A stretch of 59,722 bases of DNA, the filler included. It is 9 parts of 9 records of this genome, joined end to end, with 100 filler letters (N's around TTAATTAATTAA, not from the genome) between each part and the next. Parts side by side here need not be neighbours in the genome. Positions count along the whole stretch, not along the records: positions 1 to 8,381 come from SRR31156797_58591; 8 more parts are not named here. The stretch is one strand, 5' to 3'. The notes beneath the pieces were generated by a model that ran no database searches, had not been told where the DNA came from, and saw only the letters and a program-made list of their open reading frames with translations. Positions 1 to 8,481 of this stretch are shown here, in pieces (the stretch's first letter is position 1; every line of letters starts with the position of its first letter). Position numbers and translations under genes: made by a program.

Positions 1-1208
1 TCGCCGTTAAGCATGTTGGCTTCGGTATAGGTCATCTGCTTGTGCACCTTGATGCTGCTGGCGATGACTTCAAAATCGATGATCTCAAAGAAGCGGTTCA
101 GGTGAACCATGGTGGAGATGCCGGGCCGGAGTTGTCCCTCCCTGAGGCTGCACATGTCCTCGGAAAGATTGGGGGGGAGCATGGAGATCTTGTCGTCCGG
201 CATGTAGATGGAGCTGGCCCTTGTCCTGGCGTCCCGGTCTATGACATCGTTATCCTTTATATAGAACCCCACATCGATGATGTGGATGCCGATGATGTAG
301 CCGTCCTCCTTTTTCTCGAGGCTGATGGCGTCGTCATAGTCAAGGGTCGACTGGCCGTCGATGGTGATGAGGGGCAGGTGGGTCAAGTCCCTGCGGAGGG
401 GGTCGTGCAGGAAGTCGTTTGCCCTGGCGATGACTTTATCGGCCTGTTTCATCACCTCCTCCGGGAACTCGGCGGAGATCTCCATGCGGATGAGGTCGAT
501 GTTCTCATCCTTATCCCAGATACCCGTGGCGACAAACGCCGTGAAGATCTGTTCGGGGGAGTCGGCCCCTGCCTTGGAGAGGATGCTTTTGGCCGTTGAT
601 GTGTGGGCGCTTTCCTTTTCAAACACGTAGTAATCCTGGAGGATGTTCAGGATCTGGGGATCCACATCATCGGCAGTGCCCGCCTTCTCCTTGAGCACCC
701 GCCTGAGCCAGGTGCCGCCGTGTTCGATGAGGCGGTCGCGCTCCTCGGCCTCCTTGATCTGTTTGAGCCGGTTTTCCACCTGCTTGTCGGTAAAGGGGGT
801 AAAGATCCCTTTGCCGAATTTGAAATATAGCTTGTCATTGAAGAAGGCCCTGACCACTGCGGCCCCGTTGTCGGATGTCAGGGGGGGATCAAAGCAGAAG
901 CTTGTCATGGTGTCAACATCGATATCATCTCCCTCTTCATGGAGAAGTTCCCACATCTCCCGGACATCGATGTTGGAAGCAAGGCGTTCCCGTGACGCTG
1001 CCCTTCGTTTGAGGGCCTTGACCTGAAAGTCCCGGGTGCCGGCCATGTCCATGGGGGTTTTTGAGACATGGGTCAGCCTGCTGGCCGAGAGGTTTACCTC
1101 GCGGTTATTCTCGGTGAGCAGCCGTAATCTCTGCTGCTTTAGCTGCAACACGACGGCACAAACGATCTTCTGTTGATCGATATATTCTACAACGCTTCCT
1201 ATATTCAT
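1..1208 (-). CDS. RNB-domain exoribonuclease (RNase II/R family), 3' end truncated by window edge
   Basis: Not in the ORF track; translated by hand from ATG at 1208: MNIGSVVEYIDQQKIVCAVV... It contains the RNB motifs FTIDGQSTLDYDDAIS, GIHIIDV, RASSIYMPD and MTYTEA. Confidence 0.9.
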   Translation of the reverse strand, partial: MNIGSVVEYIDQQKIVCAVVLQLKQQRLRLLTENNREVNLSASRLTHVSKTPMDMAGTRDFQVKALKRRAASRERLASNIDVREMWELLHEEGDDIDVDTMTSFCFDPPLTSDNGAAVVRAFFNDKLYFKFGKGIFTPFTDKQVENRLKQIKEAEERDRLIEHGGTWLRRVLKEKAGTADDVDPQILNILQDYYVFEKESAHTSTAKSILSKAGADSPEQIFTAFVATGIWDKDENIDLIRMEISAEFPEEVMKQADKVIARANDFLHDPLRRDLTHLPLITIDGQSTLDYDDAISLEKKEDGYIIGIHIIDVGFYIKDNDVIDRDARTRASSIYMPDDKISMLPPNLSEDMCSLREGQLRPGISTMVHLNRFFEIIDFEVIASSIKVHKQMTYTEANMLNG

Positions 1209-1300
1209 AGGAGAGTACATTAACAGCAAGTATGTTTAAAGTCAATCCAGACCCTGTCTATATGCTTGAAAAAACGAACATTGTGAAGTATTATGCCGCC

Positions 1301-1996
1301 ATGTCTGGAAAAACCAAAAATAATAAGGGGTTGGGAACGGCCCCCAGAAGGAATAAAAATGGTATCCCTGTTTTTGACAGGGGAGAGGATCTTTTTTCCC
1401 TATTTAAGAAAAGACCGGAAGCGGCACCGGAGGAGGGAGAAAAAAAGCAGTCTGTTGCGCCCGGGGGGGCACCGGCCCCTGTGGGGAGAAAACGGAAGAA
1501 CCGCAACAATAAACACGGGCTTCCCGTCCTGGACGGATCGGGCAGCCTTGCCCGGATGTTCGCGGCAAGGGGGCGAACCCGGGATGATGAAACCGAGGAT
1601 TTTCCGTCCATGCTCTCCGATTCCCTCAAGGGGAAGGGGGAGGGGGCGCTTTTGCGGGAGAAGCGGGAAAAGGACCGCCCGGATCCCGTGCCCCTTCACA
1701 AGCGGCTGAAACGGTATCCCCCTCCGGAAAGCGAGTTGGATCTCCACGGAGATACGGCCGTGCGCGCCGTGGTTCGGTCGGAATTATTCATCCGGAATGC
1801 CTGGCGGGCCGGGGGCTTCACCGTCCGCATCGTTGTCGGCAAGGGCCTGCACTCGGAGTTCGGGGCCGTGCTTCCCGATGTGGTGGAGGATCTTCTGGTG
1901 AAGCTGAAGAAGGAGGGCGTGGTGCTTGCCTTCGAGTGGGACCGGAAAATAAAAACCCGGAGCGGATCGGTCATCGTCTATCTGAAGCAGTTCTGA
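1301..1996 (+). CDS. Smr/MutS2-domain protein
   Basis: C-terminal ELDLHG...RIVVGKGLHS...GSVIVYL is the Smr signature. Start chosen at MSGKTK (the ORF track extends to 1232). Confidence 0.88.
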   Translation: MSGKTKNNKGLGTAPRRNKNGIPVFDRGEDLFSLFKKRPEAAPEEGEKKQSVAPGGAPAPVGRKRKNRNNKHGLPVLDGSGSLARMFAARGRTRDDETEDFPSMLSDSLKGKGEGALLREKREKDRPDPVPLHKRLKRYPPPESELDLHGDTAVRAVVRSELFIRNAWRAGGFTVRIVVGKGLHSEFGAVLPDVVEDLLVKLKKEGVVLAFEWDRKIKTRSGSVIVYLKQF

Positions 1997-1997
1997 C

Positions 1998-3035
1998 CTA
2001 TTTACCTAATTGATAACGTCTTACCGCCTTGTTGTGATCCCTTACATTGGTTGAAAACTTATGGGTGGAATCCTTTTTTGAAACAAAAAAGAGGAAGTCG
2101 GTTTTGGCCGGATACAGGGCCGCCTCCAGGGAATGTTTGCCCGGATTTGCAATGGGTCCCCTGGGAAGGCCTTTTATCCGGTATGTGTTGTAGGGGGTTG
2201 TTCGCCTGAGATCTTTCCTCGTGATGTTGCCGTTGAAGTTGGGAATCCCGTAAATGACGGTGGGGTCGGACTCAAGGCGCATTCTGCGTTTCAGCCGGTT
2301 GTGGAACACCGAGGAGATCAGGGGCCGTTCGCTGCCGGTGCCTGTTTCCTTTTCGATGATGGAGGCAAGGGTGACAATCTTGTGTGGGGTGAATCCCAGT
2401 TCCCGGGTCCGCTCTTGCCATTGGGGGGTGTAGACGGTCCGGAACCGCTGGACCATCTTTTTGATGATCTCTTCCTGGGAGGTGTTCCTGGCAAAGAGAT
2501 AGGTTTCGGGAAAGAGGTAGCCCTCAAGATTGTCCGCCTCAATTCCTAGGGTCGCGGCAAGTTTCGGATTCCTGGCGAGCATAAGGAAGTTCTCCCGGGT
2601 GCCGAAGCCCGCACCCTCCACAAGGGTGGCGGTCTCTTCAAGGTTGAGCCCTTCGGGAATGGTGAGCCGGTAAAGTTTCACCCGGCCCCTGGCAAGGATG
2701 GTGAGCAGTTCCCGTGGGGACATGGCAGGGGAGAGGGCGTATTCGCCGGCCTGGATTTTTTTGGACAGTCCCTGGTACCGGACCAGGAGCTTGAACAGGT
2801 TGACGTTGCGGACAAGCCCCTCCTGTGCCAGGTGACGGGAGATCCCTGTGAGGCTCTCACCGGACCGGATGGTGAAGACCCGTTCCTGTCCGGCCTTGTC
2901 CATGGGACTTGTTGCAAACTTTTCCATGTACCAGAAACCTGCTCCAGCCGTAAGGGCTGTTAGAAGGAATAGGGTGCCAAAGGCAATGGCAATGGGCCTG
3001 ATCCAGGATTTCTTTGAAGTGGTGTCCGTTGTCAT
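1998..3035 (-). CDS. mltG: Endolytic murein transglycosylase MltG (YceG)
   Basis: N-terminal TM helix plus motifs TIPEG, LEGYLFPETY, LASIIEKET, SVFHNRL, LESDPTV, TPYNTY, GLPRGPIANPG. Confidence 0.96.
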   Translation of the reverse strand: MTTDTTSKKSWIRPIAIAFGTLFLLTALTAGAGFWYMEKFATSPMDKAGQERVFTIRSGESLTGISRHLAQEGLVRNVNLFKLLVRYQGLSKKIQAGEYALSPAMSPRELLTILARGRVKLYRLTIPEGLNLEETATLVEGAGFGTRENFLMLARNPKLAATLGIEADNLEGYLFPETYLFARNTSQEEIIKKMVQRFRTVYTPQWQERTRELGFTPHKIVTLASIIEKETGTGSERPLISSVFHNRLKRRMRLESDPTVIYGIPNFNGNITRKDLRRTTPYNTYRIKGLPRGPIANPGKHSLEAALYPAKTDFLFFVSKKDSTHKFSTNVRDHNKAVRRYQLGK

Positions 3036-3139
3036 GGGGCATGGTTTATCCTGTTCAGGCCCGGTTGTCAAAGGGAATCCTCGGCAGGAATTGATTGACA
3101 TGGGCGTTGTCCTGTTTAATGGTGTGAAAAATGGAACTT

Positions 3140-3250
3140 AACCGTGACCGGGCAACCCGGGGCAAAGGGTTGGACAACCATGGCCCGATAAAATGAGGCA
3201 AAAGGCGTTGATCAACCGTGACCGGACCAACCGGGGCAAAGGAGTTGAGG
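3140..3250 (+). repeat. Three imperfect tandem 36-38 bp units, each able to fold as a hairpin
   Basis: AACCGTGACCGGGCAACCCGGGGCAAAGGGTTGGAC / AACCATGGCCCGATAAAATGAGGCAAAAGGCGTTGATC / AACCGTGACCGGACCAACCGGGGCAAAGGAGTTGAGG. Confidence 0.7.
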
Positions 3251-3257
3251 AGATACA

Positions 3258-4409
3258 ATGAAACAAGACGAGTACACAGGATTTGAGCAGGGCCCCATAC
3301 GGCCCCCCAGCGAATCCCGGAGCCTGCTGATTCGCCTGACCCGGAACTGTCCCTGGAACCGGTGCACCTTTTGTCCGGTCTACAAGGGAAAGCATTTCTC
3401 CTTGAGGTCCAGGGAGTCCATCATTAAAGATATCGATGCCATCCACTCCCATCTCACCGCCATTGTGGAGGAGGTTGAAAAGGATAACCGCCTGGACATG
3501 GAAAAGATCAACGCCATGTTTCATCGGCTCGATTCCGATGACAGGGTGGCCTTTAATGCCGCCTGGCACTGGTATTCCTCGGGCATGGAGTCGATTTTTC
3601 TCCAGGACGCAAATTCCCTGATCATGAAGCCCGACGACCTGGTGGGGATCCTGGGTCACCTCAGGGTCTGTTTTCCCATGGTGAAACGGATCACCTCCTA
3701 TGCCCGTTCCCACACCATTTCCCGGATCAAGCCCCATGATCTTGCGCGCATTGCCGGGGCCGGGCTCAACCGGATTCATATCGGCCTGGAATCCGGGTCT
3801 GACAAGGTGCTTGAAATGGTGAAAAAAGGGGCCACCCAGGCCATGCACATCAAGGCCGGACGCATGGTCAAGGATGCGGGCATGGAGCTGTCCGAATATA
3901 TAATGCCGGGGCTTGGCGGGGTTGAACTCTCAAGGGAGCACGCCCTGGAAAGCGCCCATGCCCTCAATGAGATCAATCCCGATTTCATACGGCTCCGCAC
4001 CCTGGCCCTGCCCGGGAAAAGCCCCCTGGCCGAGGCCCATGACCAAGGGGAGTTTGAACGCTGCACCGATCTTATGATTGCACGGGAGCTCAAGCTTTTC
4101 CTTGAGTCCCTTGACGGTATCACCTCCTTTATCAAGAGCGATCACATCCTCAATCTTCTGGAGACGGTGGAGGGAAGGATGCCCCATGACAAGGCACGGA
4201 TGGTGGCGGAGGTGGACGGCTTCCTCGATATGGCACCCGGCCGGCGGGTGGTGTATCAGGTGGGACGGCGCATGGGATTGTTCAGGGGGCCGGCGGATAT
4301 GTCGGATCCCCAGCTTGTTGGGCGGGCCGAGGAGGCCTGCCGCCTCCACGGGGTGACCGTGGATAATGTTGACACTGTAATTGACGGATTGATGAAACGT
4401 TTTGTCTGA
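3258..4409 (+). CDS. Radical SAM protein of unknown function
   Basis: IRPPSE...CPWNRCTFC (CxxxCxxC), FLQDANSL and IGLESGS motifs; SD GAGGAG upstream. Confidence 0.9.
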   Translation: MKQDEYTGFEQGPIRPPSESRSLLIRLTRNCPWNRCTFCPVYKGKHFSLRSRESIIKDIDAIHSHLTAIVEEVEKDNRLDMEKINAMFHRLDSDDRVAFNAAWHWYSSGMESIFLQDANSLIMKPDDLVGILGHLRVCFPMVKRITSYARSHTISRIKPHDLARIAGAGLNRIHIGLESGSDKVLEMVKKGATQAMHIKAGRMVKDAGMELSEYIMPGLGGVELSREHALESAHALNEINPDFIRLRTLALPGKSPLAEAHDQGEFERCTDLMIARELKLFLESLDGITSFIKSDHILNLLETVEGRMPHDKARMVAEVDGFLDMAPGRRVVYQVGRRMGLFRGPADMSDPQLVGRAEEACRLHGVTVDNVDTVIDGLMKRFV

Positions 4410-5550
4410 AAATACCGCACTTTATATTCATGTGCCTTTCTGTATCAAGAAATGCCCCTACTGCGACTTCTATTCGGTCGCAAAACTTTCCCTGAAAGAG
4501 GGTTTTTTAAATGCCCTTTTAACGGAGATCTCCCTGAGGGAAGATCCTGGAAGCGCCATTGACACCATCTATTTTGGCGGGGGCACCCCCTCCTTGCTTA
4601 CCCCCGGTGAGATCGAGACCATCCTCTCCCGGATTCGCGATCATTTCAACCTGGCAGAGGGGTGTGAAATCACCCTGGAGGTCAATCCCGGCACGGTGGG
4701 ACCCGGGTATTTTGATGAGATTCGCCTGTTTGGCGTGAACCGGCTCAATATGGGGGTGCAGTCCCTTTGCGATGAAAAGCTTGGCTTCATGGAGCGGATT
4801 CATTCGGCAAAGATGGCGGAACAGGCCCTCCATGCCGCAAGAAGGGCCGGGTTCGACAAGCTGGGGTTCGATCTCATCTACGGGCTGCCCGGGGAGACGG
4901 AAACCGCCTGGCGCAAGGATCTTGACCGGGCCATTGAATTTCATCCCGAGCATCTGTCCTGCTACATGCTCACCTATGAACCCGGCACCCCCATGCACGG
5001 GAATCTTGCGGCGGGAAGGATCGTTCCCCTTGGGGACGAGTCCGCCGCCGCCCTGTTCCGGTTCACCTCCACCCACCTGGAAGCCAACGGGTATCTCCAT
5101 TACGAGATTTCCAACTTTGCGGCGGGCCCGGAGCATCGCTCCAGGCATAACAGAAAGTACTGGGACCTGGTTCCCTACCTGGGGTTCGGACCCTCGGCCC
5201 ACTCCTTTGACGGCAATGCGAGATCCTGGAACCACGCCGATGTTCGCCGCTATGGGGCGGATCTTGACCAGGGGGGGCTGCCGGTGGCGGAGACCGAAAA
5301 ACTCACCCGGGAGCAGGTACTGGTGGAGCGGGTCATGCTCGGGCTACGTACCGCCGCGGGCATCGACATTAAGGAATTTGAGAGGGTTGCAAACTGCGGG
5401 TTCATGATAATGTTCAAGGATATTGTCCGGGAATGTGACGCCCGTTCCTGGGCTGTGATCGAGAATCACCGATTCATCCTTACCCTTGAGGGGAGGCTTT
5501 TTCTGGATACCGTCACCGGTCTGTTTGCCGAAAGAATCTGGGACTGGTAA
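4402..5550 (+). CDS. hemW: HemW/HemN-like radical SAM heme chaperone
   Basis: LYIHVPFCIKKCPYCDF, YFGGGTPS, YEISNFA and HNRKYW (HNxxYW) motifs; TTG start overlaps the upstream gene. Confidence 0.92.
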   Translation: MSENTALYIHVPFCIKKCPYCDFYSVAKLSLKEGFLNALLTEISLREDPGSAIDTIYFGGGTPSLLTPGEIETILSRIRDHFNLAEGCEITLEVNPGTVGPGYFDEIRLFGVNRLNMGVQSLCDEKLGFMERIHSAKMAEQALHAARRAGFDKLGFDLIYGLPGETETAWRKDLDRAIEFHPEHLSCYMLTYEPGTPMHGNLAAGRIVPLGDESAAALFRFTSTHLEANGYLHYEISNFAAGPEHRSRHNRKYWDLVPYLGFGPSAHSFDGNARSWNHADVRRYGADLDQGGLPVAETEKLTREQVLVERVMLGLRTAAGIDIKEFERVANCGFMIMFKDIVRECDARSWAVIENHRFILTLEGRLFLDTVTGLFAERIWDW

Positions 5551-5583
5551 AAGTTTGCGGAAAAGGAAATCCAGGGGGTTATG

Positions 5584-5625
5584 AACGACCTGGTGTCCGG
5601 TTTTGGTAGGTCGTTGATTTTGTTC
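5584..5625 (+). terminator. Possible terminator hairpin after hemW
   Basis: AACGACCT (5584-5591) pairs with AGGTCGTT (5608-5615), followed by a T-rich tract. The loop is long (16 nt). Confidence 0.35.
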
Positions 5626-5670
5626 CATTTGTGTTCTGTCGAGTTATTGATGTTTATGGCAAAAAAAAGC

Positions 5671-5698
5671 TTGTCATTTGGTGCGGCCCTGTGATAGT
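5671..5698 (+). promoter_or_regulatory. Putative sigma-70 promoter of eutS-eutV-eutW
   Basis: TTGTCA-N16-GATAGT with an extended -10 TG, about 25 nt upstream of the ANTAR hairpins. Confidence 0.4.
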
Positions 5699-5721
5699 GA
5701 TCTTTCTCAAAACTGGTAAAT

Positions 5722-5765
5722 CACCGCACAACGGCGTGGGGTGTTATGCAAACAATGAAGCTTGC
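5722..5765 (+). promoter_or_regulatory. ANTAR-target dual-hairpin RNA motif (P1/P2)
   Basis: P1 is CACC-G-CAC[AACGGC]GTG-G-GGTG (5722-5743). P2 is GCAA-A-C[AATGAA]G-C-TTGC (5748-5765). Both are hexaloops with A1 and G4 and a C-G closing pair, and they lie directly upstream of an operon encoding an ANTAR regulator. Confidence 0.9.
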
Positions 5766-5800
5766 TGTCAGGGGGAACCCCCCTGTTGCAAGCCTTTTTT
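5760..5800 (+). terminator. Intrinsic terminator overlapping ANTAR P2 (attenuator)
   Basis: GCTTGC..CAGGGG/CCCCTG..GCAAGC stem followed by CTTTTTT. Its 5' arm GCTTGC is the 3' arm of P2, so the two folds are mutually exclusive. Confidence 0.88.
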
Positions 5801-5840
5801 ATTATGTAGGTTCGGTACCTGAAAAGAGGATGGAGAAAAG

Positions 5841-6188
5841 ATGGCGGAACAAGAAAAACAGAGGATGATTCAGGAATATGTTCCGGGAAAGCAGTTGACC
5901 CTGATTCACGTCATCGCCAATCCTCGGGCTTCTGTGTGCATGAACCTGGGACTTGACGATACCTGTGGGTCCATTGGTATTTTGACCATCACCCCGGGGG
6001 AGGCCGTGATCATTGCCGCGGATGTTGCAACCAAGGCGGCGGGCGTGGAAATCGGTTTCCTCGACAGATTTGGCGGTTCCCTGGTTATCACCGGGGATGT
6101 GTCAAGTGTTGAGTCTGCCATGAATGAGGTCGCGGCCTTTTTTGAAAACGGGTTGAAGTTCTCGTCAGTGCCGATTACCCGCTCCTGA
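5841..6188 (+). CDS. eutS: Bacterial microcompartment shell protein EutS/PduU (permuted BMC domain)
   Basis: [21 protein letters not shown]...[45 protein letters not shown]...ITRS is the EutS/PduU signature. Confidence 0.93.
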   Translation: MAEQEKQRMIQEYVPGKQLTLIHVIANPRASVCMNLGLDDTCGSIGILTITPGEAVIIAADVATKAAGVEIGFLDRFGGSLVITGDVSSVESAMNEVAAFFENGLKFSSVPITRS

Positions 6189-6232
6189 ACCCGTCCCTGG
6201 GAAACGCGCTGATTCCCATGAGGAGGAAGTTG

Positions 6233-6802
6233 ATGGGAAAAAAGATTATAATAGCCGATGATGAGCCGATCACACGGATGGATGTCCGGGAAATCCTGGA
6301 AAATGCCGGTTACACCGTTCTCGGAGAGGCTTCGGACGGATTCGATGCTGTTGAGCTCTGTAAGAAGTATAACCCGGACCTGGTCCTGCTTGATATCAAG
6401 ATGCCTTTGCTGGACGGTCTCAAGGCTTCCCGGATCATCCGGGAACAAAAGCTCGCCAAGGGTGTGCTCCTGATTACGGCTTACAGCGGCAAGGAGTTTG
6501 TCGACCAGGCCAAGGAGACGGGGGTCATGGGGTATGTAGTAAAACCCATCCGGGAAGAGTCCCTGTTACCCATGGTTGAAGTGGCCATTGCCAAGGGCGA
6601 AGAGCTGGACCGGATGGCCCGGGAGATCGACAAGGCCAAGGATCAGCTCGAGAGCCGAAAGCTCATCGAAAAGGCCAAGGGGGTGCTGATGAAAGAGAAG
6701 AATATCAGTGAAGAAGAGGCCTTTCAGATGATCCGGAAGATAGGGATGGATAAACGATGTTCCATGAAGGAGATAGCCAAGATTATTCTGATGAATAATT
6801 AA
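6233..6802 (+). CDS. eutV: ANTAR-domain response regulator EutV
   Basis: REC domain (IADDE..LLDIKMP..YVVKP) plus ANTAR domain (RKLIEKAKGVLM..SEEEAFQMIRKIGMDKR.SMKEIA); SD AGGAGG. Confidence 0.93.
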   Translation: MGKKIIIADDEPITRMDVREILENAGYTVLGEASDGFDAVELCKKYNPDLVLLDIKMPLLDGLKASRIIREQKLAKGVLLITAYSGKEFVDQAKETGVMGYVVKPIREESLLPMVEVAIAKGEELDRMAREIDKAKDQLESRKLIEKAKGVLMKEKNISEEEAFQMIRKIGMDKRCSMKEIAKIILMNN

Positions 6803-6815
6803 CGGTACCGACGCC

Positions 6816-8243
6816 ATGATCAGCAAGCTTTGCCGGGAACATACCCATCTCACCCCGGGGGATATCACCAAAATCACAGAGGTGGCCAACAGCCTTCAGG
6901 CCATTGCCGACCTCACGGGGGCTGATATCTTCATCGACTGTCTTACCCGGGATCCGGATGTGTCCATTGTTGTTGCCCAGGCCAGGCCCTCCAACAAGCC
7001 CTCCCTTTATAAAGGGTCGGTGGTGGGCGAGTTTGCCCGGCGGGAGAATGAGCCCGCTGTCCTGAGGACCCTTGGCATCGGCATGTCCACCACGGACATG
7101 ATGGCAAGGACCCAGGAAAACAAAGACGTGATGCAGAATGTCTCTGCGATCAAGAACGATGACGGCCAGGTGATCGGGGTGCTGATCGCCGAGACCGACG
7201 TCACCGAAGATATCCGGACCCGGCGCACCCTTTCCATGCTTTCCAGAACCACGGAACAGCTCGCTGAAACCCTCATCTCCACCCGGCATAAGGATGACGG
7301 CATCCCCTACCATGTCACGGACGGCATCATCATGTTCGATCCCCAGGGCGTTGCCACCTATGCCAACCCCGTCGCCAAGGATATCTACAAGAAGCTCGGG
7401 TACATCAATAATATAGAGGGGCTGGAATTTTCCAACATGGCCCTGGACAACACCTGTTTCTCCACCATTCTTGAAAAAAAGCAGATCAACGCCAACGAGG
7501 TCCGGCTGGGCAACCTCATCCTCAATGTCAAATACGCGTTGATGAAAAATAAGGATCGGGACGTCGCAGGGGCGGTGATGCTCCTTCGGGACGAGACCGA
7601 TGCCAAGGCAAAGGAGAAGGAACTGATCCTCAAATCCGTTGCCATCAAGGAGATCCACCACCGGGTCAAGAATAATCTCCAGACCATTGCGAGCCTGCTG
7701 CGGCTCCAGTCCAGGCGGATCGACGACCAGGGGGCCAAGTCGGCCTTCAAGGAGAGCATCAGCCGGGTGCTGAGTATTGCCGCCACCCATGAAATCCTGG
7801 CCCAGAACGGGGTTGACGATGTGGATTTGAAGACCATGCTCGGGCGGATCAAGAACGGCGTCCTGGGCCACGGCCATGCGGCCAACAAGAATATCAAGGT
7901 CACCATCCAGGGGGACACCTTTGAAACCGATTCCGACACCGCCACCTCCATTGCCCTGGTGGTGAACGAGGTGATCCAGAACAGCCTGAAATACGCTTTC
8001 CCGGACCGGGATAACGGCCGGATCACCATTGAGCTCCACAAGGGAACCATGTATTCAAACATCTCCATCACCGATGATGGCGTCGGTTTTGACGTGCATG
8101 AGGAGAAGCGGTCTTCATCCCTGGGCAGCCGGATCATCCGCCAGATCGTGACCGATAAGCTCAAGGGTAATTTTTCCATGGAGTCCACGGACAGGGGAAC
8201 CAAGGTACTGTTCGATTTTCTCCTGGATCGGGATGGGCAATAA
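6816..8243 (+). CDS. eutW: Soluble sensor histidine kinase EutW (PdtaS-like, HisKA_2)
   Basis: N-terminal ADIFIDC..VVAQARP..SLYK.SVVG..ENEPAV sensor region, H-box EIHHRVKNNLQ, HATPase motifs NEVIQNSLKYAF and DDGVG; no TM segment. Confidence 0.9.
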   Translation: MISKLCREHTHLTPGDITKITEVANSLQAIADLTGADIFIDCLTRDPDVSIVVAQARPSNKPSLYKGSVVGEFARRENEPAVLRTLGIGMSTTDMMARTQENKDVMQNVSAIKNDDGQVIGVLIAETDVTEDIRTRRTLSMLSRTTEQLAETLISTRHKDDGIPYHVTDGIIMFDPQGVATYANPVAKDIYKKLGYINNIEGLEFSNMALDNTCFSTILEKKQINANEVRLGNLILNVKYALMKNKDRDVAGAVMLLRDETDAKAKEKELILKSVAIKEIHHRVKNNLQTIASLLRLQSRRIDDQGAKSAFKESISRVLSIAATHEILAQNGVDDVDLKTMLGRIKNGVLGHGHAANKNIKVTIQGDTFETDSDTATSIALVVNEVIQNSLKYAFPDRDNGRITIELHKGTMYSNISITDDGVGFDVHEEKRSSSLGSRIIRQIVTDKLKGNFSMESTDRGTKVLFDFLLDRDGQ

Positions 8244-8253
8244 ACGATATCTG

Positions 8254-8381
8254 TGGGGTCAGGCTTTTTTTATTGTCTTTGGACTTTGAATCTCGCCGGA
8301 CCAGGCTCAATAAGGAAAGCCTGACCCCATGTAAAATACATGTGAAACAGGGGGCAATAAGCTAATAAGCTAGGCCTGACC
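8254..8381. repeat. 22-bp inverted repeat (REP/MITE-like) plus a truncated further copy at the contig end
   Basis: TGGGGTCAGGCTTTTTTTATTG (8254-8275) pairs with CAATAAGGAAAGCCTGACCCCA (8308-8329); the two mismatches are G-U compatible. CAATAAG...GGCCTGACC recurs at 8355-8381, where the contig breaks. Confidence 0.7.
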
Positions 8382-8481
8382 NNNNNNNNNNNNNNNNNNN
8401 NNNNNNNNNNNNNNNNNNNNNNNNNTTAATTAATTAANNNNNNNNNNNNNNNNNNNNNNNNNNNNNNNNNNNNNNNNNNNN
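8382..8481. other. Artificial contig spacer
   Basis: N44-TTAATTAATTAA-N44, with stops in all six frames. Confidence 0.99.

Noticed and set aside
42-1026. Plus-strand ORFs 42-599, 361-630, 603-830 and 643-1026
   Set aside because: They are shadows of the minus-strand RNB nuclease, which the ORF track missed because its stop is outside the window.
3140-3250. Tandem ~37-bp units as a mini CRISPR array
   Set aside because: The units abut with no unique spacers, they are degenerate, and no cas genes are present.
5551-5840. Cobalamin riboswitch upstream of the eut genes, and the 63-aa ORF 5631-5822
   Set aside because: No B12-box or conserved core is visible. The region is explained by a promoter, ANTAR hairpins and a terminator, and the ORF overlies them with no SD or motif.
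6783-8203. Long antisense ORFs over eutW (and similar ones over acrB, hemW and the ABC genes)
   Set aside because: These are typical stop-poor antisense frames of GC-rich coding sequence, with no motifs.
8426-8437. Recurrent TTAATTAATTAA palindrome, and ORFs ending in ...XXXLIN
   Set aside because: It is an artificial six-frame stop linker inside N runs and is not biological.
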